Of a DNA stretch of 64,000 nt, positions 12,788 through 26,700 are shown piece by piece (positions within the stretch are counted from its first letter, which is position 1; every line of letters starts with the position of its first letter). Source of the stretch: Chiloscyllium plagiosum. Lineage: Eukaryota. The position numbers and the translations under genes are program-made. The stretch spans positions 21,228,141 to 21,292,140 of the forward strand of contig NC_057743.1 in assembly GCF_004010195.1 (NCBI RefSeq). Reading direction: 5' to 3'. The notes beneath the pieces are model-generated. The model was given only the letters and a program-made list of their open reading frames with translations. It was not told the DNA's origin and did no database searches.

Positions 12788-14400
12788 GCAATTTTTGTCA
12801 AGATTTGTAGTTCAGGTTGTAGGTTTGCTTGATGAGCTGGAAGATTTGTCCTCAGACGTTTCATCACCATTGCTAGCTAACATCAAGAAGCGCTGGTGTT
12901 CTGTCCCACTTTCTATTTGTGTGTCTTGGTTTGTTGTGGTGGGTGATATCACTTCTGGTTTTCCAAGAGGTTGCTAAATGGGGTCCAAATCAATGTGTTT
13001 GCTGTTGGAGTTCCAGTTTGAATGTTAGGCCTCTAGGAATTCCTGTGCGTGTTTCTGTTTAGCCTATCCCAGGACGGATATATTGTCCCAGCCGAACTGA
13101 TGTCCCTCATTGTCTGTGTGTAAGGATACTACTGATAGCTGATCGTGTCTTTTGGTGGTTAGTTGAAGTTCTTGTCTCCTGGTGGCTAGTTTCCTGCCAG
13201 TCTGTCCAATGTAATGTTTGCTGCAGCTACCCACTTCACTTTCAACGACAAGACCTATAAACAAATCAATGGGATACCCATGGGATCACCAATATCAGAA
13301 GCAGCCATGCAGCCCTCTCCTACCCAAGCTTTGGGTCCACTATGTGGATGACACCTTTGTCATGAAATGGAACAAATTAGAAGAAACACACAAATACAAC
13401 CAACATCTTTACTGGTATGAAGTTCATCGAAAAGGAAGAGAACAGACTCCCCTCCCTAGATTTCATAGTAGGATGAAAAGCCAATGGAGATCTGCAGACC
13501 AGCATCTATAGGAAAGTGACACATACAGCCCAGATACTCAACTATAGGAGCAATCAGGCGAAAGTGATAACTGCAGATACTGGAGATTAGAGTCAAGATT
13601 AGAGTGGTGCTGGAAATGCACAGGTCAGGCAGCATCTGAGGAACAGGAAAATCGACGTTTCAGGCAGGAGTCCTTCATCAGGAATGATGATGGGTTCCTG
13701 TTCCTTGGATGCTGCCTGACCTATAGGAGCAATCATGTCAACATCCACAAATGGTGCTGCATCTGGACACTATTTAAAAGAGCCAGAACACACTGCAGCA
13801 CCCAGGAACTATCGAGATGCCGAAGAAAAGCACCTATACAATGTATTCAAGAACAATGGGTACCTGATAAGCACAGTCCACCTATTCTTACACAACAAAC
13901 CTAAAAAAGACACAACATGCCCAGAGACTCTAGCCACACTATCATACATTAAAGACATCTCGATGACGACCAGAACTACTCCAGCCCCTTGATACCCCAC
14001 AAACCTACCAACACACTAAAAACAGCTCTTAATGAATCTAAGAACCCTGTAGCAACAAGCAGAACAAACGTCATATACAAAATACCCTGCAAGGACTGCA
14101 ACAAACTGCACATTTGACAGACAGGCAGGAAACTAGCCACCAGGATACATGAGCACAAACTAACCACCAAAAGACACGATCAACTATCACTAGTACCTGT
14201 ACACAGATGACAGGGGACACCAATTTGACAGAGATAATACACCCATCCTGGGACAGGCTAAACAAAGACATGCACGGGAATTCCTAGAGGCCTGGTATTC
14301 AAACCGGAACTCCATCAACAAAGATATCTACTCGGACCCATTTACCATACTCTCAGAAATAGAACCGGAAGTGGTATCACCCACCACAACAGACCAAAGA
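12788..14400 (+). mobile_element. Penelope-like retroelement (RT + GIY-YIG remnants) with an inverted 5' copy of its 3' end
   Basis: QINGIPMGSPIS, LWVHYVDDTF, NVIYKIPCKDC..QTGRKLATRIHEH on plus; 12788-13222 is the same 3' region on minus. Confidence 0.85.
13557..13720 (-). mobile_element. Short Penelope terminal repeat nested inside the Penelope element
   Basis: 15-bp direct repeat ctataggagcaatca at 13542-13556 and 13721-13735. Confidence 0.85.
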
Positions 14401-14894
14401 AGTGCTTCAAGAGGTTGGTCATGGCTCACATCAACTCAAGCCTCCCAGAAAGCCTTGATCCCTTGCAATTCCACTTCCACAACAGGTCAACAGCAAACAG
14501 CCCTCTGGTCCTACTCTCATTCCTGGAACATCTGCAAAAAATGGATACCTATGTCAGACTCCTATTTAATTACTACGCTCTGCCTTCAACATCACAATCC
14601 TAAACAAACTCATCTCCAAACTCCAGGCCTAGCTCTTTGACTCCTACATCTGTAACTGGATTCTTGACTTCCTGACCAATAGACCGCAGTAAGTAAGGAC
14701 AGGCGACAACGCCTCCTTCACAATAATCCTCAACACTAGTGGCCCGCAAGGCTGCATACTCAGCCCCCCACTACACTCCTTAAACACTCATGACTGTGTG
14801 GCCAAATTCCATACCATTCCCATTTATAAGTTTGATGACGACAACGCCATCATAGATCAGATCTCAAACAACAATGAGCAGGAGTACACAGAGT

Positions 14895-15168
14895 GGGCAG
14901 CACGGTGGCACAGTGGTTAGCACTGCTGCCTCACAACGCCAGAGACCCGGGTTCAATTCTCCCCGTGTCTGTGTGGGTTTCCTCCGGGTGCTCCGGTTTC
15001 CTCCCACCAGTCTAAAAATGTGCGGGTTAGGTGAACTGGCCATGCTAAATTGCCCATAGTGTTAGGCGAAGGGGTAAATGTAGGGGAATGGGTCTGGGTG
15101 GGTTGCGTTTCGGCAGGTCGGTGTGGACTTGTTGGGCCGGAGGGCCTGTTTCCACACTAAGTAATCTA
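14895..15168 (+). mobile_element. HE1-like SINE (internal deletion)
   Basis: gggcagcacggtggcacagtggttagcactgctgcctcac...gggcctgtttccacact. Confidence 0.9.
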
Positions 15169-18089
15169 AAAAAGCTTGAGTGCTCAAAGGCATGGTGTAA
15201 AGACAGCAATCTCTCCCATCAATTTCAGGAAAACAAAGCAGCTGATCACTCACTTCAAGAAGCAGAGTGGAGGGCATGCCTCTGCATCAATAGTGCCGAG
15301 GTGAAGATGGTTGAGAGCGTCAAGTTTCTGGGAATGACAATCACCAACAATCTGTCCTGATCCACTCATGGCAAGAAAGCACAGCAATGCCTCTACTTCC
15401 TGAGGGGGCTAAGGAAAGTCGGCATACGCATGAAGATTTTTACAAATTTTTATAGATGCAGCTAGAAACCATCTATCAGGGCTTGGTACAGCAACTGCTC
15501 TGCCCAGGACCATAAGAAACTACAGAGTTGTGAACATAGCCTAGTCCATCATGCAAGTCAATCTTCCATCCATTGACTCAACCTATACCTCTCACTGCCT
15601 TGGAAAGGCAGCCAACATCAAAGACCTCTCCCACCCCAGTTACAATCTCTCCCAACCTCTTTCCATCAGGCAGAAAATACAAAAGCTTAAACACACATGC
15701 CAATAGATTCAAGAGCAGCATCTTCCCTGCTGTCAGTAGATTTCTAAATGGACCTCTCAAATTTCAAATGCAATATTGACCACCATCTTTGTGCAGCTTC
15801 TCTGCAGCTGTAACATTGCATTCCTTGCACTGTTCTATTACCCTTATACATTTTGTATGATATGATCTGCCTGTACTGCATGCAAAACAAAGCTTTTCAC
15901 TGTACCTAGGTACATGTGACAATAATAAATCAAATCAACTCCAGTTTTACTCTCTTCCACTCTTTTCTATCGGGCAGAAGATATAGAAGTTTGTATATAC
16001 ATACAGATTCAAAAACAGCTTTTTCCTTCCTGTTGTCAGACCTCTGAATGGACCTTTTTAATATTAATGTTGATCTCTCTCAGCAGCTGTAATGTTGTAC
16101 CCTACACTTTGTTCTGCTATCCTGAGGCAATTGTATAGTATGATCTACTCATAAAGCACATAAGATAACACTTTTCACTGCACCTTGGTAAATCAAATCA
16201 AAGAATTTTATAAATTCAGAGTGTTTCATACCTCAGTAACAGCTGGCGATATACTGATCATTATGCTACTCAATTATGGAATAAATTGCTTCATTTTATT
16301 TTTAATCCTTATTAGAGTAATGTACGAGTGCAAACTGCCATGGAGCAAGTGTTGACTCACTAAAGCAATCGTTAAAAATTTACACAATTACAGCAGCATT
16401 AATTAAAAGATTATTTCACACTGATTTTGTTAACACAGCATGGATCTGATCATAAAACAACCCTGCCTGATTGTAAATTCATCATACATTTCACTTACTG
16501 CATTTCAGCCCTTTCATCTGCACATTATTCGGTCTTTCTGCAAACTGCACTCTATAACCAGTAGAATTTAAAGACCAATTAGGAAACATGTCATTTTCTG
16601 GAACGAATGTTGCTAAACCACTCTCTTATACATTGTATTTCCTCCTCCATCGTCACATGCACAAACTATCACCATCCAACTACAATTCTGCAGGAGCAGC
16701 ACATCCTAATCCTCGAAGCAGTCTGTTATTATTAATCCCCTGCTGAGCATATCTGGTGACAAATATCACAAATGATCAACACTTCACATATGCCTGCATC
16801 CCAGGCCAAGTTGGAGTATTCCACATTGAACCAAAAAAAATGTGTTGGTGAATTGATGTCAAGGCAAAGTATTGAAAATTGCAAGTTTAAGGCAAAGTTA
16901 GAAAATTTCAGTCATTCGAATAATGGTGGAAATCCTTTCAGACACTGCACTCTTTTGGGTGAAAAGCTACTGCTGATAATTAATTTGTCATTTAGCTGGA
17001 ATACCACCTGTGAGATATATCTCTGCAGAGACAGAGCAAAGCTTTTGCATCATCACCCTGGCAACATACCATTAATTTAATCACAAAAGGTGCACTATGA
17101 CTTTTTTTGCAACTGTGACACAAACTATATGAATTGCTTTAGTGAAAGTCATGATAAAACACAAGGAGATTTGCTTCTGGAAACATGTGCCATAGTTAAC
17201 AAAAGCCAAGAAAGCAAGTAACACATTAGAAAGTTTGAAGAAATGTGACCAATGCACAGTGAGTTTTTAAAATGGATCATGTTTCATCTTTGTTTGCCTG
17301 GCTTGTTCTCATCTCTGCTCCAGCTATGGCAAAAGTCAATCTTTATAGTACTTATAGGCTGAGTTAAGATTCTAAACTCAGCCGGTGCAGGTACACATGA
17401 AAGATCTGATGATATTATTTAAAGAGAAAGGCATGAGTGATCTCCTAGTCTCTTTGTAAAAACTTTTGTTGCAAACCAGCACTGCTAAAAATAAATCACA
17501 AATTGAATATCTATATGATGGATCCTCATTGCAGAAATTGTTTACTGCATTACAACATTGACTGTACACTAAGTAATAACTTGGATGTAAAATGCTTTGG
17601 GACAACCCAAGATGACAGACCACATACACAAGCAAGGTCTGCCTTATTTTAACACTGACAGTGAACCAATAAAACAGTATGTTACCGTAACTGCCTCAAG
17701 CTGCATGCCTATGATACTTTAGTATTTTATAGCCTTAAACAGTACATTTAATGTGAATACCAGGGCTACTGGCTCATTGATTATGCATGGCAATTACTGT
17801 TGCTCAAAGCAAGTTTTCAGAGATGATCAATTACAGCAGAGAAGATAAAGGAAGGGTGATGGTGGAGGGGTGCAAGAAGAATTTTGTCGGGGTGTAATTT
17901 ATTTACTGTTTATCTGAAATTTTCATAAAGGACCGAACATTATTAATCTATCTGCCCAAGAATCTATCCTTTTTGCACTACAATCTAAATCACCATTTCC
18001 CCAACTGTAATATCCCACATTCTGATATATAAAGACAAACAGGAAGCACCCCTTTCCCAATTTCTCTCTCACGCACTAAACAACAGTAC

Positions 18090-18215
18090 CTTAGCAAAGA
18101 GGGTTTTCCCTGTTCCCGGGGGCCCATACATTAGGATATTTCGGTATAGTCCTTTGTTGCTTTTGGTGTTTCGGGTTGCAATGGCAATATCTCTGACACG
18201 TTCCTCCAATTTGGG
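18090..18215 (-). CDS. ATAD3A: ATAD3A exon 10 (Walker A)
   Basis: ccatag|...|gtactg; 126 nt; [42 protein letters not shown]. Confidence 0.97.
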
Positions 18216-18357
18216 CTATGGATGGAAATAAGAATAGAGAACAAATGCTATATGTAGAGAATCAAATTGTAAATCAATTCAGTTCTCCAGACAGAGAACT
18301 GAATGTATTAAATATTACATATGTTTTAAAAAACCGAAAAGGAATGGAGCAACTCAC

Positions 18358-18414
18358 ACTCAACACCACTCCCTCCAGTGCATCTTGTGGCTTGCTCATC
18401 AAACGCTTACCAAC
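18358..18414 (-). CDS. ATAD3A: ATAD3A exon 9
   Basis: cctcag|...|gtgagt; 57 nt; VGKRLMSKPQDALEGVVLS. Confidence 0.95.
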
Positions 18415-19660
18415 CTGAGGAAAAACATATCCAGTTTAAATTGCACAATTCATATTATCGTTCATACTGAGCAAATAAGCAAAACCCATTACATCACTTC
18501 TTATACCTAAAGGCAAGGAAATACAAAAGCAAAATACCACAGACTCTACAGCAGAAGATACTGGAAATTTTCAGCATGTCAGGTAGCAGCTGTAAAGACT
18601 GAAGCAGCTAACTCTTAAGGTCAATGACCACCAACATTTGAAACATTACCTCCACTTCCTTCCATAATTACTGCCTGGCCTGAGAAATTCCAGCATATGT
18701 TTTATTTTAGTTGCAGTGCTGGGATATTCTGTTTATTATTTAAACTCAGTGTTAACTCAATGTTAAATTACATTATACACTACAAACTTTGGTTGAAAAC
18801 CAGACATCTCACACCGATTAAACAAACGGATTAAAATACCCTCTTTGCCTGATGAAAGTAATAAAAACAAGAGCTTTTAAAATACACATTGCTCATGAAT
18901 GAATTTAAACATTCACATCCCTATTTGCCACCAATCCCCATTCAGAGTTTGCCCATTTGTGAATTGTTGTGACATGCTACCCTCCCGCCCACCCAACACA
19001 AATGGAACACTTGTCACATGCATCATTTGACATTCTATTGCTATTCTTTCTTCACCCCAGGAGGCACAAAGCTAGAAGTATATTGATGCATAAACTGTGG
19101 AACAGTCTGGAGTTGATATAAAAATTGCAAAAATACAAAAACCTAGTTATTAAAAATAAGGTGAGAACAGAAAGTATTTCAAGTTTGTCACAACTGACCA
19201 AAACAGATGCAAAAACATACATGCACACGTCTGCACCATCCAACTACCAGGAGAAGATTGCCCCTGAAGTGAGCTCTGTCCTTTCAAAACTCGGAGTGCA
19301 TCAGTCAACTATTACTTCACTAAAAACTTAACTGAATCTGCAGAATTTCACTAATAACGTATACTTATTTTTGCCATTTACTATATCACTTGTTATGCAG
19401 AGTAAACAAAGTTATTAACAAAAGTCATTAACAAAAGTCATGAATCTGCTTCATGGCTGATATGACTTCAAGAGTGGCTGGAGAGTGTGGCTGTGCAGAA
19501 GGATATGTAGCAAGAATAGAAACCCAGAACCATGCAGGATTTCATAATGCCACTGATTCTCATGATTGAGGTACAGCAATAACATTCTTATGGGATCAGT
19601 CTAGGCCTGAACTTTGTTCAGTAACAATTACTGAAGCTTACTGGACTTTGCAATAAGCCA

Positions 19661-20488
19661 AGATTAGAGTGGTGCTGGAAAAGCACAGAAGGTCAGGCAG
19701 CATCCAAGGAGCAGGAAAATCGATGTTTTGGACAAAAGCCCTTCATCAGGAATGAGGCAGGGAGCCTCTGGGGTGGAGAGATAAATAGGAGGGTGTTGGG
19801 GCTGGGGAGAAGGTAGCTAAGAGTGCAATAGGTGGATGGAGGTGGGAATAAAGGTGATCGGTTGGAGAGGGAGGTGGAGCGGATAGGAAGGAAGATTGGC
19901 AGGCAGGACAGGTCACAAGGATGGTGCTGAGCTGGCAAGTTGGAACTGGGGTAAGGTTGGGGGGGGGTGGGGGGGGGAGAAATGAGGAAACTGGTGAAGT
20001 CCACATTGAGCTTCTGGGGTTGAAGTGTCCCGAGGCGAAGATGAGGCGTTCATCCTCCAGGCGTTGGGCAGTGAGGGAATGGCAGTGGAGGAGGCCCAGG
20101 ACCTGCATGTCCTCGGCAGTGGGAGGGGAGTTGAAATGTTCAGCCATGGGGCGGTGGGGTTGATTGGTGCGGGTGTCCCAGAGATGTTCCCTAAAGCACT
20201 CTGCGAGAAGGCGTCCAGTCACCACAATGTAAAGGAGACCGTATCGGGATAACGGAAACAATAAATTACATTGGTGGATGTGCGGGTGAAACTTTGATGG
20301 AAGGCTCCTTTGGGGCCTTGGATGGAGGTGAGGAGGTGTGGGCGCAGAGCAGATTTCGCAATTCCTGCGGTGGCAGGGGAAGGTGCCAGGAAGGGAGGGT
20401 GGGTTGTTAGGGGGCGTGGACCTGACCAGGTAGTCACGGAGGGAACGGTCTTTGCGGAAAGCGGATAGGGTGGGGAGGGAAATATATC
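19661..20488 (-). mobile_element. Penelope-like element 3' part (GIY-YIG remnant + terminal repeat)
   Basis: NVIYCFR..LLYI..TGRLLAECFREH..PMAEHFNSP; same family as 41150-42872. Confidence 0.85.
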
Positions 20489-20503
20489 AATAAGCCACCT
20501 TAC

Positions 20504-20659
20504 TTTGATCGGGCGCTTCAATGCTTCCACTAACGTGATACGGGAGGTGTCGCGAACCAGGGATGGTTTTCCCAGTCGGGCCTCAATGTATCTCCCAGCG
20601 ACTCCTGTAGCATTCTTGGCAGAGTAAACACCAACAGCCAGTAGTGTGAGCCCAGCCAC
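20504..20659 (-). CDS. ATAD3A: ATAD3A exon 8 (transmembrane segment)
   Basis: ttttcag|...|gtaagg; 156 nt; [52 protein letters not shown]. Confidence 0.97.
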
Positions 20660-21287
20660 CTGAAAAGATGAAACAATGGACCACATAATGAGTTACAGCC
20701 ATTTCTTGGAGGAAGGCACAACAATTCAACAGTTTGAATTTAGAAAGCACCAGTTCTCACTCAGAAACCTTACTCTCCTCTATTGGAAAGAGCAAGAGCT
20801 CAAGTCACACAATGCTACGTTAGCAAAATAATAAAAAAAAATGATACTAATCAGAAAACAATGGTTACACAATACCAAACTTGCTCTTCAAAGTCAGAAA
20901 TTGCTGGAGAAATTGCAGAATCACAGCTCCTTAGATGATTTTGCTCTTCAAAGTCTTGTGAAGAGAATGTGAACAAGGAAAGTCAACTGATACCAGGGAA
21001 AAGATAAATTAAAAATTGCAAAAGCATGCACAACATGCCTTAGTTTTTTAACCAATGAGAATACAGGAATGATGGAGGGCAGGTATAGCAGAGCTTATTT
21101 GGAACTTCGAAGGAACAGGAGAGCTAAGGTTCTGAAATGGAATGTTATTGTTAATGCCCAAAACAACAAACTGATCTTATATTAAGTATTCATGTAATTT
21201 TCAAAAGCTTTGCGCCAACTGGTTTTATACTGTATAATTCTGAAATGTTCACCACTTTAAAAATCTGCACTGTTTCCATTTCAATTT

Positions 21288-21538
21288 TTAGATTAGATTA
21301 GATTAGATTACTTACAGTGTGGAAACAGGCCCTTCGGCCCAACAAGTCCACACCGCCCCGCCGAAGCGCAACGCAACCATACCCCATTTTTGGATTGTGG
21401 GAGGAAACCGGAGCACCCGGAGGAAACCCACGCAGACACGGGGAGAACGTGCAAACTCCACACAGTCAGTCGCCTGAGTCGGGAATTGAACCCGGGTCTC
21501 TGGCGCTGTGAGGCAGCAGTGCTAACCACTGTGCCACC
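21288..21538 (-). mobile_element. HE1-like SINE with (tctaa)n tail
   Basis: A/B boxes on minus strand; ttagattagattagattagatt tail. Confidence 0.9.
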
Positions 21539-21639
21539 CACCAATGAAGTATTAGTAACAATATCACTGCTCTAAGAGCAAATAATTAAGCAAACTCCAA
21601 CAACAAAACAAAACCTGTCCATTTACTTAGCCGTAAATG

Positions 21640-21893
21640 TAAAGGTTGGGGGGGGTCAGGGACAGGCAGGGCGGCGTTGGACCGGATTGGGGGGCGGTGT
21701 TGGATGAGGGCAGTGGGCTGTATTGGGGGAAGGGTCTCACGCGCTGTGTGCTGCTGCTAGTCTCCTGAACGGGGAGCCGACTTTAAAAACTCCGAGCCCC
21801 AGAAGAAAGGCATTTCATCATTAACCAAATAATCGATTATCTCAACAAAATAGTGCCCACCCATCACATTTGGATAATTGAGGTTCCCCTGTA
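21640..21893. mobile_element. Partial pogo/Tigger-like MITE (right end)
   Basis: Ends ttggataattgaggttcccctg-ta; homologous to 22880-23135. Confidence 0.65.
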
Positions 21894-22395
21894 GTAAAAG
21901 AGCATGCTCAACATTAATGGCACTACACTTGTACTGAGAGGTTTATAGCCCAATCTCTCAATTACACCCAGGACGACTATTGGACACAATATAATTTACA
22001 GCACAAAGCTGTCGTAAATAAATATTAACAAATACTATGTAAATGTCAAACTTTCTGCTGATTCATATGTACACATACCAATAATTCAAGATGGAACTTC
22101 CATACCCAGATCAAATACAACCACTTAATTTACACCACAAGTCAAAACAAGGTTAATATTTAGCATTCAATAAGAGAATGCATTCATGTTGAAGACAGAA
22201 TTTAAAAAAAAATTAAACCCTTAACACACCTTTAGGTGTGCTGGAAAAGCGCAGCAGGTCAGGCAGCATCCAAGGAGCAGGAGAATCGACGTTTCGGGCA
22301 TGGGCCTTTCTTTCGTTCCCTGGCTTTTCCTTACCACCTTGTAAGTCAACCTCCAGTCTTCCAGCACCTCACCCGTGAGTATCAATGATACAAAT

Positions 22396-23135
22396 ATAGA
22401 GGAAACTCGATTGTTCGAATACCAATTATCCGAAAATCAGTTTATCCGAAGGAGATCTTGAGGTCCCGATAGAAACACTACATCAAAGGAGTGTTTCAAG
22501 CAGGGATTGAGTCTTTTGTTTACAGTGATTAAATAGGCACCGTCTCCAAATGACTGACCTCCCACCCTCTCACTCTTCCCACACCTTCCCTGGAGTTCGA
22601 CAGAGGGGTGTATTCTAACAACCCCCCCCACCCGCTTCCCAGAAATAGTCTCTCCAACATTGTCCTGTGCAAGGCAAACATGGAACCTGTCAAAAAGTTG
22701 CAGTAAAAAGAGTGTGTGGCTGTGTGTGCGCGTGTGCGGACGCGCGCTATTTGGAGACTTACCCCACAAAGGCAGTAACAGTCTTGTTGTTGGTGTGCAA
22801 TCCGGATGCCCCAGAGATGGGGCTCGCTCGCTTCGTGCTGGGGGGGGGTTTTGACTGGGTTGGATGGGGTTGCACGAGATTGGCAGACGGGGTTGGACCG
22901 AGTTGGGAGCAGGGGGCGGTGCTGGATTTGGTTTGGTGGTGGGGGGGGAGGGGAGAAGGGAAGACAGGCAGAGGCGGGGCCACATGCGCTGGGTGCTGCT
23001 GCACTCTCCTGAACGGGGAGTAGACTTTAAAACTCTGAGCCCCAAAGGAAAGGCATTCAATCGATTTTCCGAATAATCAACTATCCAAACAAAATTGTGC
23101 CCACCTAACACGTTCAGATAATTGAATTTCCACTG
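22396..23135. mobile_element. Non-autonomous Tc1/mariner (pogo/Tigger-like) element inserted in a CR1 fragment
   Basis: Imperfect TIRs agaggaaactcgattgttcgaa / ttcagataattgaatttccactg; CR1 ORF2 sequence stops at about 22395 and resumes at about 23137. Confidence 0.7.
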
Positions 23136-23136
23136 C

Positions 23137-23490
23137 ATCTCAGTAAGGAACCCACCATTTACTTCCCTAGCTTCCCACAGTTCTAGGGTACATTTGATCA
23201 AGTCCCGGGAATGTATCCACCTTTATGCGTTTTAAGACATCCAGCACCTGGACATTTTTCAAGATGTCACTATTTATAACCCCATGTTCGCTATCTTGCA
23301 TATCCTTCACCACATTAAACATTGATGCAAAACACTCCTTTCGTATCACCCCCATTTCCTGCAGTTCCCCACTTGCGCAGCCTTGCTGTAATTGAAAGGA
23401 TCCTATCGTCTCTCTAGTTACTCTTTTGTCCTTGGGCTATTTATAGAATGTCTTCGAATTCTCCTTAAGACTATTTGCCAAAGCTATCCG
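23137..23490 (-). mobile_element. CR1 LINE internal fragment
   Basis: Homologous to 7770-8110 (VLDVLKRIKVD..PGLDQMYPRT). Confidence 0.8.
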
Positions 23491-23777
23491 ATTTGCTGCC
23501 TGACCTTGCTGCAGCAAGGAGGAGAATCAACGTTTCGGGCATAAGCCCTTCTTCAGGACCGGATAATGCCGTTAAATGGTCTTTTTGGTCAATCCACCAT
23601 TAAAAACTTGATAAGATTTAAATAGGTGTTTGCAGCTTTTAATACTTGGTTGGAATCCCATCACAGCCATCATTGTCCTGAGCTTGTGATCCCAGGATCT
23701 TGTTTGCACCTCTCAGCCAATTTTGAGAAGGTTAATAAAAGAAGCAATCTTTCTTTGTCACCTCATCCAAACACTTG

Positions 23778-26700
23778 AGTCATAGAGAAATACAACACAG
23801 AACAGGCCCTTCGGTCCAACCTGATACGCTGACCAGATATCCTAATTCAATCTAGTCCCAGCAGCTGGCCCATATCCCTCCAAACCCTTCCTATTCATAT
23901 ACCCATCCAGATGCCTTTTAAATGTTGCAATTGTATCAGCCTCCATCACTTCCTCTGGCAGCTCATTCCAGACACATACTACCCTCTGCATGAAAGAGTT
24001 GCCCCTTAGGGCTCTTTTACATTTTTTTTCCCTCTCCGCCTAAACCTTGCCTTCTAGTTTTGGACTCCCCGACCGCCTTCTAGTTCTGGACTCCCCGACC
24101 CCAGGGAAAAGACTTTGTCTGTTTATCCTATCCATGCCCCTTGATTTTATAAAGCTCCATAAGGTCACTCCTCAGCCTCCGCCGCTCCAGGGAAAACAGC
24201 CCCAGCCTGTACAGCATCTCCCTATAGCTCAAATCCTCTAAACCTGGCAACATCTTTGTAAATCTTTTCTGAACCCTTTCAAGTTTCACAACATCTTTCT
24301 GATAGGAAGGAGACCAGAATTGCACGCAATATTCCAACAGTGGCCTAACCAATGTCCAACAGCCGCAACATGACTTTCCAACTCCTGTACTCAATACTCT
24401 GACCAATAAAGGAAAGCATACCAAATGTCTTCTTCACTATCCTATCTACCTGTAACTCCACTTTCAAGGAGCTATGAATCTGCATTCCAAGGTCTCCATG
24501 TGCAGTAGCACTCCCTAGGACCTTACCATTAAGTGTATATGTCCTGCTAAGATTTGCTTTCCCAAAATGCAGCACTTCCCATTTATTTAAATTAAACTCC
24601 ATCTGCCACTTCTCAGCCCATTGGCCCATCTGATCAAAATCCCTTTGTAATCTGAGATAACCTTCTTCGCTGCCCACTACACCTCCAATTTTGGTGTCAT
24701 CTGCAAACTTAGTAACTACACCTCTTATGCTCACATCCAAATCATTGATATAAATGATGAAAAGTAGAGGACCTAGCACCAATCCTTGTGGCACTCCACT
24801 GGTCACAGGCTTCCAGGTCTGAAAAGCAACCCTCCACCACCACCCTCTGTCTTCCATTTTTGAGTCAGTTCTGTATCCAAATAGCTAGTTCTCCCTATAT
24901 TCCATGAGGAACCTTGTTGAACGCCTTACTGAAGTCCATATAGATCTCAAGAGAGAAAATGCTGGAAAATCTCAGCAGGTCTGGCAGCATCTGTAAGGAG
25001 AGAAAAGAGCTGACGTTTCAAGTCTAACTGACCTTTGTCAAAGCTAAAAAAAAGGGAGAAATAGGGAGGTATTTATACTGGGCTGAGAGAAGGTGAGTCA
25101 TGGCTCCAGAAGCAAAGGTAGCAATAAAGAGGTGATAATGACAGTGCACAGAGAGATTATAGAGAGATTAGGAGCTGTGAATGACCAAGGCTGAAGTCAG
25201 TGTTATGTGATAAAATATGGGGAGGGAATGGGTGAAGTAGAGACAAAATGGAAAACAGGGGAGAAGGGTAGCAAAGGGGAGGAGAGGAAAAAGGTGATGA
25301 GAGAGTGGGGAGCGAGAGAAAGAGAGACAATCAAGAACTAGGAGGTACAGAAGTGAAAAAAAACTTAAAAAAAGATAAAATAAATGAAGCAGAATGAAAA
25401 CAGAGGGGTNNNNNNNNNNNNNNNNNNNNNNNNNNNNNNNNNNNNNNNNNNNNNNNNNNNNNNNNNNNNNNNNNNNNNNNNNNNNNNNNNNNNNNNNNNN
25501 NNNNNNNNNNNNNNNNNNNNNNNNNNNNNNNNNNNNNNNNNNNNNNNNNNNNNNNNNNNNNNNNNNNNNNNNNNNNNNNNNNNNNNNNNNNNNNNNNNNN
25601 NNNNNNNNNNNNNNNNNNNNNNNNNNNNNNNNNNNNNNNNNNNNNNNNNNNNNNNNNNNNNNNNNNNNNNNNNNNNNNNNNNNNNNNNNNNNNNNNNNNN
25701 NNNNNNNNNNNNNNNNNNNNNNNNNNNNNNNNNNNNNNNNNNNNNNNNNNNNNNNNNNNNNNNNNNNNNNNNNNNNNNNNNNNNNNNNNNNNNNNNNNNN
25801 NNNNNNNNNNNNNNNNNNNNNNNNNNNNNNNNNNNNNNNNNNNNNNNNNNNNNNNNNNNNNNNNNNNNNNNNNNNNNNNNNNNNNNNNNNNNNNNNNNNN
25901 NNNNNNNNNNNNNNNNNNNNNNNNNNNNNNNNNNNNNNNNNNNNNNNNNNNNNNNNNNNNNNNNNNNNNNNNNNNNNNNNNNNNNNNNNNNNNNNNNNNN
26001 NNNNNNNNNNNNNNNNNNNNNNNNNNNNNNNNNNNNNNNNNNNNNNNNNNNNNNNNNNNNNNNNNNNNNNNNNNNNNNNNNNNNNNNNNNNNNNNNNNNN
26101 NNNNNNNNNNNNNNNNNNNNNNNNNNNNNNNNNNNNNNNNNNNNNNNNNNNNNNNNNNNNNNNNNNNNNNNNNNNNNNNNNNNNNNNNNNNNNNNNNNNN
26201 NNNNNNNNNCATCAGGCTCACTGGTCTATAGTTCCCTGGCTCGTCCTTACCACCTTTCTTAAACAGTCTTCCGGCACCTCACCTGTGACTATCGATTATA
26301 CAAATATCTCAGCAAGAGGCCCAGCAATCACTTCTCTAACTTCTCGCAGAATTCTAGGGTACACCTGATCAGGTCCTGGGGATTTATCCACCCTTTATGC
26401 GTTTCAAGACATCCAACACTTCCTCCTCGGTAATGTGGACATTTTGCAAGATGCCACCATCTATTTCCCCACATTCTATATCTTCCATGTCCTTTTCCAC
26501 AGTAAATACTGATGCAAAATACTCGTTTAATATCTCCCCCATCTTCTGCGGGTCTACACATAGGCTGACTTGCTGACCTTTGAGGGTCCTTATTCTCTCC
26601 CTAGTCACCCTTTTGTCCTTAATGTATTTGTAAAAACCCTTGGGATTCTCCTTAGCTCTATTTGCCAAAGATGTCTCACATTCCCTTTTTGCCCTCCTAA

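Larger units (their letters stand above)
12540..16200 (+). mobile_element. Rex1/Babar-type LINE remnant interrupted by nested Penelope and SINE insertions
   Basis: FIVTGDFNEANL...DHCY (12660-12780), [34 protein letters not shown]; 3' end with aaatcaaatcaa tail present twice (about 15935 and 16200). Confidence 0.75.

Noticed and set aside
14895-14965. tRNA gene
   Set aside because: The A and B boxes belong to the tRNA-derived head of an HE1 SINE; no complete cloverleaf
22437-23201. 254-aa proline-rich minus-strand ORF
   Set aside because: Lies in the G-rich interior of a MITE; no transposase motifs
24049-24100. 26-bp tandem repeat as a CRISPR-like array
   Set aside because: Two adjacent copies without a spacer inside a CR1; eukaryotic DNA with no array or cas genes
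25331-26368. Three ORFs of about 300 aa
   Set aside because: Artefacts of translating the N gap
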